Origin: Sphingobacteriales bacterium
Lineage (GTDB): Bacteria; Bacteroidota; Bacteroidia; Chitinophagales; LD1
NCBI GenBank assembly: GCA_018262795.1
Contig: JADFDM010000015.1
Coordinates: 9,253 to 73,252 of the forward strand
DNA length: 64,000 nt
Direction of reading: 5' to 3'
Positions 17,760 to 27,032 of this stretch are shown one piece after another. Made by a program: the position numbers and the translations under genes. Below the pieces are notes generated by a model. It ran no database searches and was not told the DNA's origin. It saw only the letters and a list, made by a program, of their open reading frames with translations. Each line of letters begins with the position of its first letter. The stretch's first letter is position 1.

Positions 17760-18922
17760 TTGCCGCCAAAGCCAAAGGAGTTAGACATCGCATGATTAAT
17801 TTCTACCCCTGTCATTAATTCTGTGACGGGTTTAAAAGGCACTTCCTTCATTTGTGCCGTCCAGCGCAAATGAGGAGGAATTATTTGATGCTCCATTGCC
17901 AGTAGGGAATAAACCGCTTCTACCCCACCGCAAGCGCCCAAGGTATGCCCAGTAAAGGTTTTGGTGGAACTGAATTTAGGTGGGGCAATTCCAAATATTC
18001 TTTCCATGGCAATGCTTTCTGATAAATCATTATTGTTGGTTCCTGTGCCGTGAACGTTGATGTAGCCTATGGCCTCATGGCGCAAGCCGGTCATAGCTAA
18101 AGCTCCCGTCATGGCTAAGTAGTTTCCTTTTCCCTCGGGCGATGAAGCGGTTTGGTGAAACGCATCGTTGGCATTGGCATAGCCGCTAAGACTTGCCATC
18201 ACTTTTTTAGGGAGCGTTTTTGCCACTCGCTCTGAAACAAGAACAATGTAACCCGCACCTTCTCCCAAGTTCAAGCCTTTTCGGGTTTCATTGTAAGGGG
18301 TACAGGGCTTATCATCCAAAATCATCAAGGAGTTGAAGCCGTTGAGGGTAAAGCGCGATAGTGCATCGGTGCCTCCGGCAAGCGCAATATCTAATAGATT
18401 GTTTTTAATCAGCCGCGCCCCTAACATAATGGAGTTGGCAGAAGAAGAACAGGCCGTGCTGATAGTGGTGACAAAATCTTTAATCCCCAACTGTGCGGCC
18501 ACAATATCCGTAATGGCTCCGGTGTCGTGTTGTTCTACTTCACTCAAATCAGCCTTCGTATGGTCCTCGTGAAAAGCCTTGAAAATATTTTCGGTGATAT
18601 CCATCCCACCTACCGTATTGGCAGAAAGGAAACCGATGCGCCATTTACCCGGTTCTGGAATTTGTGCATCTTGGAGTGCTTCGCGGGCGGCTATCATGCT
18701 GAACAGCCCGGTGCGCGATACCGTGCCCTCCAAGCCGGCCATTGCGGCCAATGCTGCATTGCTGAATTTGATTTCACCGGCAGGTAATTTACCGGCATAG
18801 TTTGTGCGCAGAATGGTAATATCGGAAATGCCTGAACGACCTTCATAAAACGATTGAAGGTTCTCTGCTACATTATTTCCAATGGCCGTTATCACTCCTT
18901 TTCCTGCAACAAACACCTGCAT
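17726..18922 (-). CDS. Beta-ketoacyl-ACP synthase (FabF-like, intact Cys-His-His)
   Basis: The triad is present: TISTACSSSANSI (Cys), INVHGTGTNNND (His), FTGHTLGACG (His). The C-terminus is NSFGFGGNCSSLIF. Confidence 0.85.
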   Translation of the reverse strand: MQVFVAGKGVITAIGNNVAENLQSFYEGRSGISDITILRTNYAGKLPAGEIKFSNAALAAMAGLEGTVSRTGLFSMIAAREALQDAQIPEPGKWRIGFLSANTVGGMDITENIFKAFHEDHTKADLSEVEQHDTGAITDIVAAQLGIKDFVTTISTACSSSANSIMLGARLIKNNLLDIALAGGTDALSRFTLNGFNSLMILDDKPCTPYNETRKGLNLGEGAGYIVLVSERVAKTLPKKVMASLSGYANANDAFHQTASSPEGKGNYLAMTGALAMTGLRHEAIGYINVHGTGTNNNDLSESIAMERIFGIAPPKFSSTKTFTGHTLGACGGVEAVYSLLAMEHQIIPPHLRWTAQMKEVPFKPVTELMTGVEINHAMSNSFGFGGNCSSLIFSKVN

Positions 18923-18933
18923 AGCCGGAAAAA

Positions 18934-19191
18934 TTATTTGGTTCGATGTGCTAAAATATATTCCGCAAAAGTTCTTACAGAATGAAAAATAGCCGGTCCG
19001 TCTGAGGGGTTTGCGAGTTTAATGCCGTAATGCTGTTGTAACAGTACAATCAATTCCAGCGCATCAATAGAGTCCAGCCCTAAACCCTCTACAAACAGAG
19101 GCTGGTCGTCTCCAATATCTTCCGGTTTTATATGCTGAAGATTCAGTTGTTCTACAATTTGCTTTTTAAGGGTAGCAATTAATTCTTCCAT
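18934..19191 (-). CDS. Acyl carrier protein
   Basis: An 85-aa protein with LGLDSIDALELI, the phosphopantetheine Ser motif. Confidence 0.85.
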   Translation of the reverse strand: MEELIATLKKQIVEQLNLQHIKPEDIGDDQPLFVEGLGLDSIDALELIVLLQQHYGIKLANPSDGPAIFHSVRTFAEYILAHRTK

Positions 19192-19808
19192 AGTTCTGAG
19201 TAAATTTTGGAGGTGTTGTTTGAATCGTGTATAGGGTTTGTCTTATTATCAATTAGTTCTGCTAAGTAAAAAAAAGCTTCTGCTTTATCCTCATAAAAAT
19301 CGGCCCAACCTGAAATACAGGCTTTTACTCTGCCGGAGCCAAACAAGGTGTTGATATACCCGGTTTGAAAAGATGCGTCAAATGTATCAAAAACAAAACA
19401 GGCCGATTCCCCTTTTACTCGGTTTCGGATGGTAATTTCTCCTATTAAGATGTTAGGCAATGTATATACAAACAATGCCGGGCTGGGAATATCAGCTACC
19501 GTTTCTGCATATCGAAGATCTGTGTCCAGGCTCGAATTGGCGCAAGAAAACACAATACCGATTTCTTCCGGTCGGTATTTTTCACTCCAGCCTTTTTCGC
19601 GCAGCAACACTTCAGCAGCCAAGAAGCCCGCTTTACTGAGATGATCCATCTTGTAAAACTTAGGATAGTTAAGCTCAAGTGCTTCGTAAGCATGTAGCAA
19701 AAAATCAGAAGCCGAAACTTCTGATTTTTTGCACACAACTAATCCATCTGAAACAATCTTGTTATTCCGAAGAGCGGTATAAGAGGTAATGGAAGGGGCT
19801 TTAGTCAT
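19179..19808 (-). CDS. Small KS-N-terminal-like protein (non-catalytic ketosynthase partner)
   Basis: A 209-aa protein with resemblance to a thiolase N-terminal half (IGIVFSCANSSLDTD, FVYTLPNILIGEITI) and no Cys-His-His triad. Such a protein is typical of aryl-polyene clusters. The family assignment is from memory. Confidence 0.5.
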   Translation of the reverse strand: MTKAPSITSYTALRNNKIVSDGLVVCKKSEVSASDFLLHAYEALELNYPKFYKMDHLSKAGFLAAEVLLREKGWSEKYRPEEIGIVFSCANSSLDTDLRYAETVADIPSPALFVYTLPNILIGEITIRNRVKGESACFVFDTFDASFQTGYINTLFGSGRVKACISGWADFYEDKAEAFFYLAELIDNKTNPIHDSNNTSKIYSELWKN

Positions 19809-21077
19809 TTATCCTCCTGCCTCGCTCTCTTCTAAATCTTTCATCTTCTTCTCAACATTAATCAGTCGGACCATTCGACTGAGGCTGGTGCGGTGATCTT
19901 TTACAAATGGATTGTCGGTATCCCACACATAGCCGGCTAACACCGAACACATTTGTCGAATCACGTCCATGTTGCGCTCTTCATTGAAAAACATTTTCTG
20001 TAAGGAGCCATCGTACCAAGCCATCACATAAGTACGGAAAACATCTATCCCATCAAGCATGGGGGTGGTATATTCTTTTTCCCAGTCCACGTTCTCGCCT
20101 TTCAACTGGCGCACCACTACGTTAGCGGCTAATTGCGATGAAGCTACCGCCAGTGTAACCCCTGAAGAAAATACAGGATCCAAAAATTCGGTCACGTTGC
20201 CGGTGAGTACATATCCGTCTCCATAAAACTTTTCGATGGATATAGACCAACCTTCGATGACACGGGGTTCAAAAATAAATTTAGAGTCTTTAAAGCGCTC
20301 TGCTATACTCCACTCAGAAGCAATCATGCTGCGAAGTTGTTCTTCGAGGGAACCTTTGAAGTCTTCGAAAAAAGGCGGATTACCGACAAAACCACAAGAG
20401 GTATTTCCATTGGAAAAAGGAATACACCAAACCCATACTTGAGATTGATGCTCGGCAATCAGGATGCGATCGGGTTCTATGTAATCATTCCTACGGGTAT
20501 CAACAATGTGGGTATATAATGCCTTTCGCGGTGGCAAATCGGATGGACGATCGAGTTTCAACAAACGGGGAATAACACGGCCATAGCCCGAACCATCTAC
20601 GATGAAGCGAGCTTCAATTTTCTTCTCAGACCCATCCTTACATTTCACTGTAGTGGTAGAGTTGCTGCCTTCAAACTGAATATCGGTAACAGTGGTTTCG
20701 TAATCAATGGGCACACCCATTTTCTCCACTTCATCGGCCAGTACTTTGTCGAAGTCGGCACGAGGAACTTGCCAGGTCCAGTTCCACCCTTTAGTGAATT
20801 GGTCAGAGAAATTGAAGTCCATCACTTTCTTTTCAGAGTTTACAAACTTAGCTCCTGATTTCTCTTGGTAGCCTTTTGTTTTCAGTGCAGGAAGAAATCC
20901 TGCCGCTTCTAAAGGCTCCATACATTTTGGCAAGAGGCTTTCTCCAATAACAAATCGCGGAAACTTTTCTTTTTCTACAATCTTCACCTTAAACCCTGCT
21001 TGGTTAATGATGGAGGCGGCTACCGTACCCGAAGGCCCTGCTCCTATCACTAATACATCAACTTTTTCTGTACTCAT
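19809..21077 (-). CDS. Flavin-dependent halogenase-like FAD protein
   Basis: It has VLVIGAGPSGTVAA (GxGxxG), KFPRFVIGESLLP, and WVWCIP (aa 215-220, nt 20418-20435), which matches the WxWxIP signature. Confidence 0.7.
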   Translation of the reverse strand: MSTEKVDVLVIGAGPSGTVAASIINQAGFKVKIVEKEKFPRFVIGESLLPKCMEPLEAAGFLPALKTKGYQEKSGAKFVNSEKKVMDFNFSDQFTKGWNWTWQVPRADFDKVLADEVEKMGVPIDYETTVTDIQFEGSNSTTTVKCKDGSEKKIEARFIVDGSGYGRVIPRLLKLDRPSDLPPRKALYTHIVDTRRNDYIEPDRILIAEHQSQVWVWCIPFSNGNTSCGFVGNPPFFEDFKGSLEEQLRSMIASEWSIAERFKDSKFIFEPRVIEGWSISIEKFYGDGYVLTGNVTEFLDPVFSSGVTLAVASSQLAANVVVRQLKGENVDWEKEYTTPMLDGIDVFRTYVMAWYDGSLQKMFFNEERNMDVIRQMCSVLAGYVWDTDNPFVKDHRTSLSRMVRLINVEKKMKDLEESEAGG

Positions 21078-21088
21078 AATAGCTTATT

Positions 21089-22222
21089 TTATTTTAACGA
21101 ATATACAATTGCTGCATTACAACCACCAAACCCGGAGGCAGTTTTTAATGTATGATTTTTATCAGTTCGCGAAAGTGTTTGGCTAATATTTATTTTTCCG
21201 GAGACTCCCATTTCCTCAAAATTTTTGCTGGGCAAAATCACTCCATTCAACAAAGATTGGTAGGAGATGATAGACTCTACTACTCCGGCAGCGCCCAATG
21301 TATGTCCAAAATGCCCCTTGAGACTGTGAAGCGGCACCGATGAAAGTGAGGCATGGGTAAAAGCTTTCGCTTCCATTTCATCATTAAAAAGGGTGGCGGT
21401 GCCGTGTGCTGAAATAAAAGCGAGATCCTCTGCAGATAGACCACTTTCACTCATCGCTTTCAATACGGCTCCGGCTAATTCCTCGCCCGTTCGTGAGGGG
21501 CCCGAAATATGGTTGGCATCATTGCTGGAGGCGTTCCCATTCACAACAACCTTCTTTTCAGTTGAAACATATTCTTCTTTAGCTGTGAGGACAATAGTGG
21601 CAGCACATTCCCCCAGGTTAATCCCGCTTCTGTTTTTATCAAATGGTTTACAAACATCACTACTCATGGCCTGCAGTGATTGAAAACCGGAAATAATAAA
21701 TTTGGAAAGCACATCAGCACCGGTGACTACGGCATGTCGGTATTGCCCCGTTTCAAGAAGGCGTTTTGCGACCATCACCGAAAGCACGCCTGAAATACAA
21801 GCATTTGAAATTACCAGCGGTGAATTGGACGCACCAAAATGAGAAGCTATTCGCTTAGCCGTTTGCGACAACGAAACTTTACTTCTTAGGGTATTTCTTT
21901 GCTTAGGGTTTTCAATTAATTCAATGTTTCCTTTAGTCGTAGAAAGAATAAAAATGGTTTCAGGCAATGACAAACTAATTTCGGTATCATTAAGTGCCTC
22001 TTTGATAGAAGCGATGCAATAGCTCTCGAACCTTGTATAGTCCTCCTGTAAGAAAAAATTTTCATCGCTAAACATGGCGGCAACAAAAGGAGTAGAGGAT
22101 AAGTGCTGATTATTTACAACACGGAGGCTCGTAGCCCCGGCCATCACTTTATCGAAGTTCTCTGCCGTAGAGTTTCCAAGCGGGGAAAAAATATTATCAG
22201 AAGCTATGTAAACCCTGCTCAT
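21089..22222 (-). CDS. Beta-ketoacyl-ACP synthase (intact Cys-His-His)
   Basis: The triad is present: VISNACISGVLSV, ISAHGTATLFND, LKGHFGHTLGAAG. Confidence 0.8.
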   Translation of the reverse strand: MSRVYIASDNIFSPLGNSTAENFDKVMAGATSLRVVNNQHLSSTPFVAAMFSDENFFLQEDYTRFESYCIASIKEALNDTEISLSLPETIFILSTTKGNIELIENPKQRNTLRSKVSLSQTAKRIASHFGASNSPLVISNACISGVLSVMVAKRLLETGQYRHAVVTGADVLSKFIISGFQSLQAMSSDVCKPFDKNRSGINLGECAATIVLTAKEEYVSTEKKVVVNGNASSNDANHISGPSRTGEELAGAVLKAMSESGLSAEDLAFISAHGTATLFNDEMEAKAFTHASLSSVPLHSLKGHFGHTLGAAGVVESIISYQSLLNGVILPSKNFEEMGVSGKINISQTLSRTDKNHTLKTASGFGGCNAAIVYSLK

Positions 22223-22651
22223 CTAAAGATTATTTTTCTTGCGCCAGTTGATGAATATTTCTGGTGTTACCAGCGCTAACTGCATCGTTCCATTCGCTAC
22301 AAATACCTGAGTGGTACTTCCCGTGCATACAATCTCGCCTGTGCTCTCCTTGCGTATGGTGTAATCGAAAATAATTTTAGCAGCATCGGTTTTCCGATAG
22401 ACACACTCAATCAGCGCCACCTCTTTATATTGGAGTGTTTTCCGAAAAAAACTCTCTAAGTGAACGATTGGGGTAGCATAGCCGTTTACATATAAGTCCA
22501 TATAATCCAGACCATATTTTTTGCCAAAGGCTTCGCGCCCCTCTTCAAAGTATTTTACATAATTGCCATGCCACACAATCCCTAAAGGGTCACATTCATT
22601 AAACCGAATTTCTTGGCGGGCTACAGCCGATATGCTTTTGGGTTTTTTCAT
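22223..22651 (-). CDS. 4HBT/YbgC-type acyl-(ACP/CoA) thioesterase
   Basis: A 142-aa hotdog protein with IRFNECDPLGIVWHGNYVKYFEEGREAF, the catalytic Asp region. Confidence 0.75.
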   Translation of the reverse strand: MKKPKSISAVARQEIRFNECDPLGIVWHGNYVKYFEEGREAFGKKYGLDYMDLYVNGYATPIVHLESFFRKTLQYKEVALIECVYRKTDAAKIIFDYTIRKESTGEIVCTGSTTQVFVANGTMQLALVTPEIFINWRKKNNL

Positions 22652-23121
22652 GCTTTATCAGAAACTTTCATTTCCTCTTTTTCGGGTTCTACAAAAATTT
22701 TCATCCTGCACGAAGCTATTTCTTCCTCCTTTACAAAAACTCTTCCTACAATGATGGAAACATCAAAAATCTTATTCTCAATAGTTATTTCTGTTTTCAA
22801 CTGCTCTCCTGCCAAGGGTAAACGAGAGCAAATAAAGTCCTTTACGTCTCCAATAAAGCCCAATGGAATTTTCTGGTTTGCCAAGAAACTTTCATAGCCC
22901 GCTTTTGCCGCACAGGTTTGGGCGATATTTTCAATCAATCCTCCCACAGAGAGTTGCCCTTTACAGCACATCACATGGGTTTCTGAAAAAGTGAAGGTGG
23001 CTACACAATGATTTTCGCTGACCGTTTCCAATGTGCTGATAAGTACAAACGGTGGCTTTTGCGGAAGAAGGGCTATTAATGATGGTCCGAAAATAGGTAA
23101 CACTGTCAGGGGGTTTTCCAA
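22648..23121 (-). CDS. Hotdog-fold dehydratase-like protein (ApeI/FabZ-related)
   Basis: A 157-aa protein with an N-terminal LLPQKPPFVLISTLE resembling the FabZ-type LPHRxPFLLVD start. It has 4-nt and 16-nt overlaps with its neighbours. Confidence 0.55.
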   Translation of the reverse strand: MENPLTVLPIFGPSLIALLPQKPPFVLISTLETVSENHCVATFTFSETHVMCCKGQLSVGGLIENIAQTCAAKAGYESFLANQKIPLGFIGDVKDFICSRLPLAGEQLKTEITIENKIFDVSIIVGRVFVKEEEIASCRMKIFVEPEKEEMKVSDKA

Positions 23122-23981
23122 AAATCAAAAAAGTTAAACCATTGTTCGGGGTACTTGCGCACCATTCCTTCCAGATCTCGCACATAATCTTCCATAATCT
23201 GCGCAGTAGTCGTTTCACGAGTGACATCTCGATGTGGTCGAGCAAAGCAATGATAATGAGTAGTCCCGGCTTTTAATCCGTACACAAAGGAGTAAGGCGC
23301 TTTGAACGATTTAATAATCTGAAATGGGCCAATGGGAAAGAGCGCTTTTGCCCCCACAAATTCTACCTGTGCCGTGCGAGCTCCCGGCATAAAACGATCT
23401 GCCGTCATACAAATAATTTCGTTGCGCTGAAGAGCTTCTCCGATTTGATAAATATGGGAAAGGTCGTCTTTAATCAGAATCATGTTATAATGTCGTCCAC
23501 CGGTGGTGTTCTCCAGTGTTTTTTTAATTTGTTCATGTTCAACATCATACACCAGCACATTGATACTGCTGTCATATTTCATCAAATACTCAGAAGCAAT
23601 TCCCCAGTTGCCGATGTGCGAACCCAATAGTATTCCCCCTCTTTTTTCGTCTATCATAGTTCGGAGGTTTTCTGCACCGAAGGATTCAGAGGTGATTTTG
23701 CCTCCCAGTCCGGCAGAAACCACTACCCGGTCAATGAGAGTTTGCCCAAGCAAGAGGTAGTTTTTATAAATCTTAAACACAGATTTTATGGAACTATACC
23801 CCATGCGGTGATGAAAGAAGTAGTACGACCAGCGCGAACTGCTCCATGAAAAAAGGAAATAATAGAACACTATAATGTACAAGAAAAAATAAGCGGGATA
23901 AACTCCGAAATACTTCAGTATAAGAATAAAAAACCGGTAACCGAATGCTGTCCCCTTAGACTTACCTGCCCATTGTGACAT
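23106..23981 (-). CDS. LpxL/HtrB-type lysophospholipid (lipid A-like) acyltransferase
   Basis: A 291-aa protein with two N-terminal TM helices. GGILLGSHIGNWGIASE, ICMTADR and the C-terminal YPEQWFNF resemble late lipid A acyltransferases. Confidence 0.65.
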   Translation of the reverse strand: MSQWAGKSKGTAFGYRFFILILKYFGVYPAYFFLYIIVFYYFLFSWSSSRWSYYFFHHRMGYSSIKSVFKIYKNYLLLGQTLIDRVVVSAGLGGKITSESFGAENLRTMIDEKRGGILLGSHIGNWGIASEYLMKYDSSINVLVYDVEHEQIKKTLENTTGGRHYNMILIKDDLSHIYQIGEALQRNEIICMTADRFMPGARTAQVEFVGAKALFPIGPFQIIKSFKAPYSFVYGLKAGTTHYHCFARPHRDVTRETTTAQIMEDYVRDLEGMVRKYPEQWFNFFDFWKTP

Positions 23982-24262
23982 TAGTTGACTATCGTTTGCT
24001 GTGATTTTCCGATCACATAATCATAGAGGTTCTGGAAAGTAATAATGCCGGTAAAATCTTCCTGTTTTACTTTAATTCCGAAATTACCTTCGAGAATTAC
24101 TACGAGGTCCACATAGTCTAAACTGTCGAGTTCAAGAGTTTCTTTTAGGGGAGCCTCCGGAGAGATTTTGGTTTCTTCTACTTCAAACTCTTCAATTAAA
24201 AATTCATTGATTTTGCTAATAATTTCTTCCTGCTTCATGGTGTTTGGTAGTGTTATTCCCAT
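23981..24262 (-). CDS. Acyl carrier protein
   Basis: A 93-aa protein with LELDSLDYVDLVV, the Ser attachment motif. Confidence 0.8.
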   Translation of the reverse strand: MGITLPNTMKQEEIISKINEFLIEEFEVEETKISPEAPLKETLELDSLDYVDLVVILEGNFGIKVKQEDFTGIITFQNLYDYVIGKSQQTIVN

Positions 24263-25473
24263 TTGCGAACAATGAGCGAAGAGTTGGTTCCGCCAAAGCC
24301 AAATGAGTTGGACAAAAATACATCAATATTCTTCTCTTTCGTAACCGGTATGATGTTGAGTTTAACCGAATGTTCATCGGGAGTTTCAAAATTGATATTG
24401 GGGGCTATAAAGTTATTCTGCATCATCAACATAGAGTAAACGATTTCGCTTGCTCCGGCCATCCAACATTCATGGCCGGTCATAGATTTGGTACTGCTCA
24501 CGGGAGGTTTGTATGAACCGAACACCGCGTTCAGTGCTTGTGCTTCGCTGGCATCGCCCTGTGGAGTAGAGGTGGCGTGGGCATTGATGTAATCTATTTC
24601 ATCGGCCTTCACATTCGAATCTTTCAGTGACATCATGAGTGAGCGAACCGGGCCATCTACGGTGGGATTGCTAATGTGCCCCCCATTAGAAGAGAAGCCG
24701 TAACCGATAATCTCGCCCAATATTTTGGCTCCGCGTTTCTTCGCAGAGTCTAAAGATTCAATGATTACAGTTGCAGATCCTCCGCTCGGTATTAATCCAT
24801 CTCTGCTTTTATCAAAAGGGCGAGAAGCCTTTGTAGGTTGGTCTTCACGTATGGAGAAGGCCGATAAAGCATCAAAAGCCCCCATGCTGTATATATTAAT
24901 CTCTTGCGCTCCTCCGCATACTACGCGATCTTGATAGCCATGCCGGATTAAGAAATAACCCAAACCTATACTGTGGGAGCCACTGGCACAGGCCGCACTC
25001 ACCGTAAAATTGATGCCTTTCAGTTTGAAGATAGTAGCCAGATTCATGTTTACCGTGCTATTCATGGTCTGAAACACCGCACCACTGCCAACAAACATGG
25101 TGTTCTTTTTTTCTCTTATGATGTCTGTGCTCTCAACTACCGCTTGTGCAGTGCTGTCGTTTCCGAAAATAATGCCGGTTTCGTGATGTTCGAGATATTC
25201 CTGGTCCATATTGGACTGTAGCAGCGCTTCCAAAGTAGCTAAGTAGGCATACTCTCCTTGTTAGGGCAACATAATTCGTGATCTGCGATCGAGCAAACCT
25301 TTCAATTGCGGTTTCTCTACCATTCCCGTAAGCCCCGAACGATAGCCAAATTCTTTCCGTGCAGGATCTAAAACAATCCCTGATTTCCCCTTATAAAGCG
25401 ATTCCTTTACTTCCGTCTGATTTTTGCCAATGCAGGAATAAATTCCAAGACCGGTTATCACCACTCTGTTCAT
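24253..25473 (-). pseudogene. FabB-like beta-ketoacyl-ACP synthase interrupted by a single in-frame TAA (25261-25263)
   Basis: Track ORFs 25261-25473 and 24253-25233 are in the same frame. Read-through gives ..LDRRSRIMLP*QGEYAYLATLEALLQS.., collinear with the FabB N-terminus. The catalytic residues SAACASGSH, NAHATSTPQGD and MTGHECWMAGA are intact. Confidence 0.75.
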
Positions 25474-25573
25474 GATACAATACTATCTTTTTCAAATTTC
25501 TACTGCAAGAGGTAATGAAGCGCCAAGTAAGAAAATGCACAAACTGGGCGGTTAGATATGGCTAAACAAAGGT

Positions 25574-26683
25574 TTAGTTGCTGAAGAGTTCAGCATTGTC
25601 AAACCACATATCTCCTATCACATTGCCCTTCGTATCCAGAAAGCCCCATCTCTTGTCTTTTTTCACGCGAGCAACTCCACCGATAAAACCTTTATCCTGT
25701 TTGCCTTTTACGAATCCGAATGCAACAGAAATATCGTATTGAGCGGGGATAACCAACTTACCGGTTAGGTCAATGAATCCCCATTGTTTCACTTTGATAG
25801 GAGCCAGCCCGTCTGCGCTGAAAATTTCGGCATCAGGGTAAGAAGGTTGAACCACGAAAGAACCGGAGGTATTGATATACCCCCATTGGTCATTGATACA
25901 TACGGGAGCAAGGCCTTTTGAAAATTCGCGAGCTTTATCAAACTTGGGGTCTATGACCCACTTCCCTGTTAAATCAATGAATCCAACTTTTTTGTCTTTA
26001 CGGGCATAGGTCAAGTTCTGTTCGTCAAAATCCCATATCTTATTGATACCCGGAAGCACATTGAATTTTCCGTTAATCACGAGGCCATAAGTATCTCCCA
26101 ATTTTGCCCAGGCTACTCCTTTGTAATAATCGCCAATATCGTCATAAGCCGGCTCAATAATTACTTTACCGCTTTTGTCAATAATGCCCCATTTGTCATT
26201 TTGTTTTACCCGAGCATAATTCCCTTCAAATGGTTTAACCGCTTGATAGTATGCTTGAATTACAATTTGCCCTTTTGTATTGATAGCTCCTATTTTATCT
26301 CCCATTCTGAAAAACGCTAAACCATCATCAAAGTCATAATATTTATCGGTGGGGGGAGTGCTTATCATTTCTCCTTTCTTGTTGATATAAAACCACTTTT
26401 TATCCTTTGCTACCACACAAATGCCGCTGTTGAAATACTTGGCATCATCATAAGTGGGTTGAATCATTACTTCGCCTTTGGTATTGATAAACCCCCACTT
26501 GCCGTTTTGGCGAATAGCTGCGTACCCGTCTGAAAAACTTTTAGCCACTTCATATTTAAGCGGTATAGCCCAAGCTCCAGTTTTAGTGATGTACCCATAA
26601 ATTTTCCCCATACGCACTAAAGCCAAATCCTGCCCATTGGCCATCTGAGTGCTGATGAATAATAAAAGGATCAGTTTTTTCAT
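25574..26683 (-). CDS. Secreted WG-repeat (KWG) protein
   Basis: About 11 repeats of the ..GKWGFI(N/D)..G..VI.P.YD.A..F..G.A.V.. pattern. The likely true start is MKKLILLLFISTQMANG at 26683; the track start at 26779 adds an implausible leader. Confidence 0.75.
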   Translation of the reverse strand: MKKLILLLFISTQMANGQDLALVRMGKIYGYITKTGAWAIPLKYEVAKSFSDGYAAIRQNGKWGFINTKGEVMIQPTYDDAKYFNSGICVVAKDKKWFYINKKGEMISTPPTDKYYDFDDGLAFFRMGDKIGAINTKGQIVIQAYYQAVKPFEGNYARVKQNDKWGIIDKSGKVIIEPAYDDIGDYYKGVAWAKLGDTYGLVINGKFNVLPGINKIWDFDEQNLTYARKDKKVGFIDLTGKWVIDPKFDKAREFSKGLAPVCINDQWGYINTSGSFVVQPSYPDAEIFSADGLAPIKVKQWGFIDLTGKLVIPAQYDISVAFGFVKGKQDKGFIGGVARVKKDKRWGFLDTKGNVIGDMWFDNAELFSN

Positions 26684-27032
26684 ATTGGTATGTTTAGAGT
26701 GGAAATGTAGTGATTTAAACGATATTATTATTAGAAAATGAAATTGTAGAGTTAAAAACCGAGTTCGAAAACTGAGCATTCATTGTCTTCTTCCTGATTG
26801 AGCGTAGCTTTTGTTGATGATGGATAAAGGAGTTTTAACGCTGGGCAAAAATTGATTGGCTATTGAAATTATAAGATTGGGATTGAAGACTTTTATACTG
26901 CTAAAGCGAGCGAAAAAGGGCGGTTTTATGACCCTCCCTTGGCCTTGCTTATGTGCAAGGAGATGGAGAAATATTAAATAAAGCAAAAGCCGGTTCCGCT
27001 CTTAAAAAATGGTGCTACAGGGAAATTGACTA

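Noticed and set aside
26684-26986. The N-terminal 32-aa extension of the WG-repeat ORF, and the 68-aa ORF at 26780-26986.
   Set aside because: The extension precedes a textbook signal peptide (MKKLILLLF...), so the internal ATG is the likely start. The 68-aa ORF has no motif and occupies the promoter region.
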